Assembly: GCA_040256005.1 (NCBI GenBank)
Contig: JBDZWC010000026.1
Location: 1 to 29,020, forward strand
Direction of reading: 5' to 3'
Source: Deinococcaceae bacterium
GTDB taxonomy: Bacteria; Deinococcota; Deinococci; Deinococcales; Trueperaceae
DNA length: 29,020 nt
Positions 23,989 to 29,020 of the stretch are shown one piece after another. The notes under the pieces are model-generated. The model saw only the letters and a list, made by a program, of their open reading frames with translations. It was not told the DNA's origin and did no database searches. A program made the position numbers and the translations under genes. How positions within the stretch are numbered: position 1 is the stretch's first letter; the number at the start of each line of letters is the position of its first letter.

Positions 23989-25953
23989 GTGGCGCCAGCA
24001 CGCCGGTGGTTCCGCCGAGCCTGGCCGGTCGTCTGCGTGGTGGCCGCGCTGCTGGCGCTCATGTACCCCGTCGCCCTGCTGCTTGGCATGCCGCTCGCCA
24101 GGCAGCGCATGGAGAACCTGAGCAACTGGGAGCGCGCCACCGTGGCGGCCCTCCCCGTGGCCGAGGCTGACGCCTCCGGCTCGCGGCTGCCGCTCGGCTC
24201 GAGCCCCGCCGTCGACGCCGTCGTGAGCGGCCTGCAAGGCGGCAGCGCGGTGCTCGTGCGGGGTGCGGAGGTCTTGGCGACCGGCGTGACCATCGACGGC
24301 ACCGAGGCCGTGTTGCCGGCGCCCCTGTCCGGCCCCGCCGCCCGGCTGGGCGCCTCGCTCGAGCCGGTGGCGGGACCGACGGACATGAGCGGCCGCGTCT
24401 ACGCCTTGCCGGAGTCCGCGCCACCGGGCGCCCCGCTCTACCTGGACGGATCTCTCCTGGTGAGCGGCTCGCTGAGCGCCACCGAGAGGGCCGACGGAGC
24501 GCGCGTGCGCTTCACGGTGCCGGGCCTGGCGGACGCCCTCGCAGATCAGACGGACACAGCCGTCGCCGTCGTGGGCGCCGCGGCCGTGTTGGAGGGCTCA
24601 GGCTTCGAGCGTGAGGGCGACATCGTGGCGTTCGCGAGCGCGCCCGCCTTCAACGCCCCGGTGAGGCTCATCACCGGCGACTACGCGCCGCTGGACGAAG
24701 CGGCCGGGACCATCGTCCTGGCCTCGCCGACCAGTGAAGCGCCGCGCGTCGCCATGGAGCACGTCGCGGTGGTCGAGGGCCTGACTGGCACCTACGACGG
24801 CGAGAACCGTGACTTCCGGCTGCAACACGTGCCGCTGCTGGAGCGTGACCCTGGAAGGCGCCTGTACGTCGGCGACCGTGAGCTCCTGAGCGGCGACGAA
24901 CGGCCGGCCGAGAGGGTGGACGGTACCTTGCGCGTCTTCACCTTCGCCTCCGACCACGGCCTGGTCACCGTCGACGGGCGCCAACTCGTGGAGGGCAGCG
25001 ATTACGAGCGGGACGGCAACGTGGTGACCTTCGCGGCGGCACCGGCCCGCAACGCGGCGCTCAGGCAACATCCGGACTACCTGGTCAGCGACGCCTCCAC
25101 CGGCACGATCACGCTGGCCGCAGCCCCCGCCCCCGGCGAACCGGTATGGGCTGGGTCGTACACGTACTACGCGCGGCCGGGTTGCGGAGCGACGGCGTTC
25201 GAGTGCTTCCTGAGCATGCCGCAGCACCCGGTGCCGTTCCCGAACTGGGTCGCCGAGAGGATCGTCCCGTTCTTCACCGCCTACCCCTTCTCGGACAGCC
25301 GCAACGTCATCAGGGCCACGTTGTATACGGCAGCGGGCACGCTGGTGTCGCTCGCCTTCGGCACCCTCATCGGCGTGCTGCTGGCGGTGCTGTTCGTCAG
25401 GGTCCGGCCCTTCGAGCGCGCGCTCCTGCCCTGGGTCATCGCCTCGCAGACGATCCCCGTGATCGCGCTCGTGCCCGTCCTGGTGGCGGTCCTCGGGAAC
25501 ATGGGAGTCACGGTCCAGACCAGCCTCGTGCCGGCCGCCATCGTGGGCGCGTACATCGCCTTCTTCCCGGTGACGGTGGGCACGGTCACCGGCCTGAGGT
25601 CGGTGGACCCGCTGGCTCTCGACCTCATGAAGGCCTACGCCGCATCCCCGCTGCAGTCGTTCCTCAAGCTCAGGTTCCCCGCCGCGGTGCCGTACCTGTT
25701 CACCAGCCTCAAGCTGGGGGCGGCCGCCGCCCTGGTAGGCGCGCTGGTGGCCGAGGTCGAGTCGAACAACCGCCTGGGACTGGGCTACGCGATCATCGGC
25801 CAGGTGCAGGCCGGCGACGTCGCGGACGTATGGATCCTGTTGGTGATCTCGGCGCTGCTCGGCATCGGGCTGGTGTCGCTGGTGGGGCTGTTGCAGCGGT
25901 TGGTGGCGCCGTGGGAGCGCACCGGCCTCGCCGGCGCGGACGGTGACGGCTGA
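23989..25953 (+). CDS. NitT/TauT family ABC permease with a very large extracytoplasmic insertion (654 aa)
   Basis: N-terminal TM (res ~12-33), soluble insert res ~40-410, then a canonical permease (LPWVIASQTIP, FFPVT..T..GLRSVD, LKLRFPAAVPYLF.SLK, LVAE, GLGY). Confidence 0.88.
   Translation: MAPARRWFRRAWPVVCVVAALLALMYPVALLLGMPLARQRMENLSNWERATVAALPVAEADASGSRLPLGSSPAVDAVVSGLQGGSAVLVRGAEVLATGVTIDGTEAVLPAPLSGPAARLGASLEPVAGPTDMSGRVYALPESAPPGAPLYLDGSLLVSGSLSATERADGARVRFTVPGLADALADQTDTAVAVVGAAAVLEGSGFEREGDIVAFASAPAFNAPVRLITGDYAPLDEAAGTIVLASPTSEAPRVAMEHVAVVEGLTGTYDGENRDFRLQHVPLLERDPGRRLYVGDRELLSGDERPAERVDGTLRVFTFASDHGLVTVDGRQLVEGSDYERDGNVVTFAAAPARNAALRQHPDYLVSDASTGTITLAAAPAPGEPVWAGSYTYYARPGCGATAFECFLSMPQHPVPFPNWVAERIVPFFTAYPFSDSRNVIRATLYTAAGTLVSLAFGTLIGVLLAVLFVRVRPFERALLPWVIASQTIPVIALVPVLVAVLGNMGVTVQTSLVPAAIVGAYIAFFPVTVGTVTGLRSVDPLALDLMKAYAASPLQSFLKLRFPAAVPYLFTSLKLGAAAALVGALVAEVESNNRLGLGYAIIGQVQAGDVADVWILLVISALLGIGLVSLVGLLQRLVAPWERTGLAGADGDG
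24358..25170 (+). repeat. Intragenic tandem duplication of a ~133-aa unit (res ~124-256 and ~262-394)
   Basis: ERADGARVRFT vs ERVDGTLRVFT; EGSGFEREGDIVAFASAPAFNA vs EGSDYERDGNVVTFAAAPARNA (nt 24592 vs 24991); DYAPLDEAAGTIVLA vs DYLVSDASTGTITLA. Confidence 0.85.
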
Positions 25954-26993
25954 TGGCCACGGGTCGCGCCGTGGACGGCCTCGTCACGCCACCGAGCGGG
26001 CTGTCGCCCGCTGCGCGGGCCGCGCTGGGCCTGCTGGCGGTGACGGTCCTGGGTGTCGGCCTGGCCTTCGCGGCCGTGATCCTGCAGCGGCCGGTGCCGG
26101 GCACGGCCCGCGGCCTCTACTGGTTGGCGCTCGGCGTCGGCCTGGCGACGGCCGTCTTCGGCATGAGCCGCCTCAGCCTGCTCGCCCCTGACGAGGAGCG
26201 CGACAGGGGCAGCGCCGCCCTGATGGGTGTCCTGCAACGCTACGCCCCGGTGGCAACCGTCCCCTTCGTGCTGCTGCTGGCGTGGGAGGGGCTGGTCGTC
26301 GGCTTCCGCGTGCCGCCCGGCATCTTCCCGTCCGTCGCCGGCATCGGCCAGGCCCTGGTGCGCACCTGGCCCGTGCTCATGGCGGACGCCTACCTCACGT
26401 TCGTGCGGGAGGTCCTGTTCGGCTTCGCCCTCGGCCTGGTGCTGGGCTTCGTCACCGGCACGGCGATCGCCTTCAGCGCATTTATGCGCCGCGGCTTCCT
26501 ACCGCTCGCCACGGCGTTCGGCGCCGTGCCCATCGTGGGCCTGGCGCCGGTGCTGGGGCGGGCCCTCGGCGTCGACTGGGAGTCGAAGGCCGCCGTCGGC
26601 GTCATCGTCACCTTCTTCCCGGTGGTGCTCAACACCGTCCAGGGGCTGATCTCGGTGGAGCCGCTGAAGCTCGAGCTGCTGCGCTCCTACGCCGCCAGGC
26701 CGCTGCAGGGCTTCCTCGCCCTGCGGCTACCGAACGCGCTGCCCTACGTGTTCACCTCGCTCAAGGTGGCCATCGTGCTCACCGTGGTGAGCGTGATCGT
26801 CGCCGAGTTCCTGATCCCAGGGCCGCCCAACGGTCTGGGCCAACGGATCAGCCTGTCGGCCCACAGGGGCCAGTTCGACGTCGTGTTCGCCGCGATCTTC
26901 GTCTCCAGCGTGCTGTCCATGCTGCTCTACTGGGCCTTGCAGTTGCTGGAGCGCTGGCTGCTGGCATGGCACCCTTCGGCTCGCGGCGGTTGA
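25953..26993 (+). CDS. NitT/TauT family ABC permease (second subunit)
   Basis: LLLAWE, VPIVGLAP, FFPVVLNT.QGL, LRLPNALPYVF.SLK, VIVAEF, GLG; TGATG coupling to the previous gene. Confidence 0.9.
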   Translation: MATGRAVDGLVTPPSGLSPAARAALGLLAVTVLGVGLAFAAVILQRPVPGTARGLYWLALGVGLATAVFGMSRLSLLAPDEERDRGSAALMGVLQRYAPVATVPFVLLLAWEGLVVGFRVPPGIFPSVAGIGQALVRTWPVLMADAYLTFVREVLFGFALGLVLGFVTGTAIAFSAFMRRGFLPLATAFGAVPIVGLAPVLGRALGVDWESKAAVGVIVTFFPVVLNTVQGLISVEPLKLELLRSYAARPLQGFLALRLPNALPYVFTSLKVAIVLTVVSVIVAEFLIPGPPNGLGQRISLSAHRGQFDVVFAAIFVSSVLSMLLYWALQLLERWLLAWHPSARGG

Positions 26994-27137
26994 TGGCAGG
27001 CGTCGCCACGCCATGGCGAGGGGGAGCACGCTGGAGACGAAGCAAAGCGATCGCGATAGTTCGAGGTGGAGATGAAGCGCCGTGTGGGCGAGGCGTGCCA
27101 TGATGACGACCTAGGTTCACAACGAGGAGGTAGGTAC

Positions 27138-28196
27138 ATGCTGCGTCGGGCAGGTACGGCACTAGCGGTGGTGGTCCTCATCGCGGGCGGCAACGCGTTC
27201 GCTCAGGAGCTGATCCCCATCAACTTCCAGTCGAAGTGGTTCCCACAGGCGCAGTTCGCCGGGTACTTCGTGGCTCAGGACAAGGGTTTCTACGCCGAGG
27301 AGGGCCTCGACGTCACGATCCTCGACGGCGGCAACGTGAACCCCACGGTGCAGGTCGGCTCCGGCAACGCTGACTTCGGCACCGACTGGGTGGCGAACAT
27401 GCTGGCCCAGCGTGAGCAGGGTCTGGACGTCGTCACGATCGCGCAGGTCTTCCAGGACTCCGGTTACCGCCTCGTCTCGCTGGCCGATTCCGGCATCGAG
27501 GAGATCGCCGACCTCGCGGGCACCACGGTGGGCGTGTGGGGCTTCGGGAACGAGTTCGCCACCGAAGCCGTGTTCGCTGCCGCCGGGTTCACCTCCGACC
27601 TCGACCCCACCGAGACGAGCCCGGACGTCAACGCCGTCGTGTACGCGTTCGACCCGTCGCTGGTGTTCCCTCACGAGGTCGATGCCGCCAGCGCGATGAC
27701 GTACAACGAGCTCGACCAGATCGTGGGCCTGGGCTACCCGCTGGACCAGCTGGTGATCCTCGACCCCGCGGACATCGGCGCGGACCTCCTCGAGGACAAC
27801 ATCTTCACGCGGCCCGACGTGCTCGCGAGCGAGAACTTCAAGGGCTCGGGCCTCTCGGGCCGCGAGGTGGCCGAGCGCTTCCTGCGCGCCACCATCCGCG
27901 GTTGGGAGTACGCCGTCGCGAACCAGGAGGAAGCCGTCCAGATCGTCCTGAAGTTCTGCGGAGACACCTGCGCCGGTTCTGGCTCGACGCAGAGCCCGCT
28001 CATCCACCAGACCTGGCAGATGGCCGAGGTGGCCAAGCTCGTCATGCCCACGCCCGATACCGTCGTCGGCGCCCTCAACCAGGAGGCGTTCGAGCGGTCT
28101 GTGGACCTCCTCGTGCAGGTGGGGCTGCTCTCGCAGCCCGTCGCCTACGGTGACGCCGTCGATCCCAGCGTCTTCGAGGCGGTAGCGGGGCAGTAG
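27138..28196 (+). CDS. ABC substrate-binding protein, NMT1/THI5-like (probable pyrimidine binding)
   Basis: Signal peptide ending AFA-Q; KWFPQAQFAGYFVAQDKGFYAEEGLDVTI, GVWGFGNE, AMTYNE, RFLRATIRGW; SD GAGGAGG. Confidence 0.9.
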   Translation: MLRRAGTALAVVVLIAGGNAFAQELIPINFQSKWFPQAQFAGYFVAQDKGFYAEEGLDVTILDGGNVNPTVQVGSGNADFGTDWVANMLAQREQGLDVVTIAQVFQDSGYRLVSLADSGIEEIADLAGTTVGVWGFGNEFATEAVFAAAGFTSDLDPTETSPDVNAVVYAFDPSLVFPHEVDAASAMTYNELDQIVGLGYPLDQLVILDPADIGADLLEDNIFTRPDVLASENFKGSGLSGREVAERFLRATIRGWEYAVANQEEAVQIVLKFCGDTCAGSGSTQSPLIHQTWQMAEVAKLVMPTPDTVVGALNQEAFERSVDLLVQVGLLSQPVAYGDAVDPSVFEAVAGQ

Positions 28197-28229
28197 CGCC
28201 CTAAGACAGCTAGGCGAGTACAAACCTTG

Positions 28230-28260
28230 GCGCCCGGTGCCGACTGGCACCGGGCGCTTC
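28230..28260 (+). terminator. 12-bp hairpin after the pyrimidine operon (probable terminator)
   Basis: GCGCCCGGTGCC-GACT-GGCACCGGGCGC-TTC, 33 nt after the stop; weak U-tail. Confidence 0.6.
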
Positions 28261-28298
28261 GCTGAGGCAAGGCTCACATCGTATTCTCACGTTTCGAG

Positions 28299-28304
28299 TA
28301 GAAT
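28299..28304 (+). promoter_or_regulatory. -10 element TAGAAT upstream of the glycine-rich gene
   Basis: TAGAAT in a relatively AT-rich patch about 146 nt upstream of ATG 28450. Confidence 0.4.
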
Positions 28305-28449
28305 CCCGCTGAGTCGCAGGCATCGTCGTCCTCGTCTGTCACGGTCCTCCTAGTCGGTGACTCGGTGGCGGGCCGGCGCGTGGGAGAGGAAGCTGTCAGC
28401 GCCGGGGCCGCCTGGCGCCCGGCCGGAGCCGGGCGAGAGAGGTTGGGAC

Positions 28450-28746
28450 ATGGACACTTGGCTTCCTATCGTCATCCAACTAGTGGCGGGCGCCGTCGGC
28501 GGGAACCTGGTCGGTGGGCGCTCACAGTCAGGCGGGTTGGGCGGCACCGGCAACACGATCGCCGGGGCGGCCGGGGGCCTGGGCCTGGCGCAGCTGCTGC
28601 AGCTCCTGGGCCTCGGCGCGGGCGGTGGCGCGTTCGACTTCGTGTCGCTGTTGACCTCGATCGTGGGCGGCGGAGCCGGCGGCGGCATCCTCGCCGCGAT
28701 CGTGGGCGCGCTCATGGGCGGCAGCAGGAAGAAGACCGTCGCTTAG
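28450..28746 (+). CDS. Small glycine-rich (glycine-zipper-like) membrane protein, 98 aa
   Basis: IQLVAGAVGGN...GLGGTGNTIAGAAGGLG...IVGGGAGGGILAAIVG with a basic C-terminus; SD GAGAGG upstream. Confidence 0.78.
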   Translation: MDTWLPIVIQLVAGAVGGNLVGGRSQSGGLGGTGNTIAGAAGGLGLAQLLQLLGLGAGGGAFDFVSLLTSIVGGGAGGGILAAIVGALMGGSRKKTVA

Positions 28747-28826
28747 CTCTCGACCCTCGTTCCAAGCGTGATCTCCTCGCCTGTGGTGTGAGCTCCTCGC
28801 TCGGGTGAGACGGTCACGGAGGAGGA

Positions 28827-28861
28827 CGCCCGGTGCCGGATCCGATGGCACCGGGCGCTTC
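28827..28861 (+). repeat. Second copy of the CGCCCGGTGCC hairpin (REP-like or terminator)
   Basis: CGCCCGGTGCC-GGATCCGAT-GGCACCGGGCG-CTTC; arms identical to those at 28231-28260. Confidence 0.75.
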
Positions 28862-28930
28862 TCTATGCGCTCTCGGTCCTAGGCGACGTGCGCTGGATTC
28901 GGGGAGCGCGCCGTGGGGCCCAGCTCGGCG

Positions 28931-28987
28931 GACGAACCACGACCTGTTTGAGGAACCATGACCTCTTTGAGGACCCACTACCTGTTC
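28931..28987. repeat. Three tandem imperfect 19-bp direct repeats
   Basis: GACGAACCACGACCTGTTT / GAGGAACCATGACCTCTTT / GAGGACCCACTACCTGTTC. Confidence 0.8.
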
Positions 28988-29020
28988 TGCTTCGCGGAGA
29001 TGCTGTCTTGGTTGTCAACC

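Noticed and set aside
24106..25218. Prophage remnant
   Set aside because: The phage-like modules are in frame inside an intact permease, and no other phage genes, integrase or att sites are visible
26993..27103. 36-aa ORF coupled by TGATG to the second permease
   Set aside because: No recognisable features and atypical codon use; better explained as intergenic sequence, though not excluded
28931..28987. CRISPR array
   Set aside because: Repeats are contiguous with no spacers, only 19 bp long, and no cas genes are present
28958..29020. ORF starting at ATG 28958 and running off the window
   Set aside because: It begins inside the 19-bp repeat, the GAGGA is only 3 nt from the ATG, and 21 codons are too few to support

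Overview
Very GC-rich bacterial chromosomal window (roughly 70% GC by eye). TANNNT -10 boxes 5-8 nt before several start codons suggest leaderless mRNAs, compatible with a Deinococcota/Trueperaceae-like host (inference). Left to right: 3' part of methylisocitrate lyase prpB; an apparent frameshifted gene remnant; an FbpABC/AfuABC-family ABC importer; tldD-pmbA(tldE); a multi-TM M28 metallopeptidase coupled to a MATE transporter; dodecin; a GNAT; a stand-alone cNMP-binding protein; an exported hypothetical; a DUF4342-type protein; a PLP Cys/Met lyase; a His-rich TPR-like protein; then a divergent reductive pyrimidine catabolism operon (mmsA-preT-preA-hydA plus a NitT/TauT ABC transporter with an NMT1/THI5-like binding protein); finally a small glycine-rich membrane gene between twin hairpins, and a 3x19-bp tandem repeat at the right edge. 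The most unusual item is the first pyrimidine ABC permease (654 aa), which carries a ~370-aa extracytoplasmic insertion of duplicated, apparently nested beta-rich modules resembling phage tail/baseplate domains. The operon also lacks the beta-ureidopropionase and aminotransferase steps, and an uncharacterised His/Cys-rich putative metalloprotein gene is divergent from it. No rRNA, tRNA, CRISPR array, transposase or integrase was recognised.
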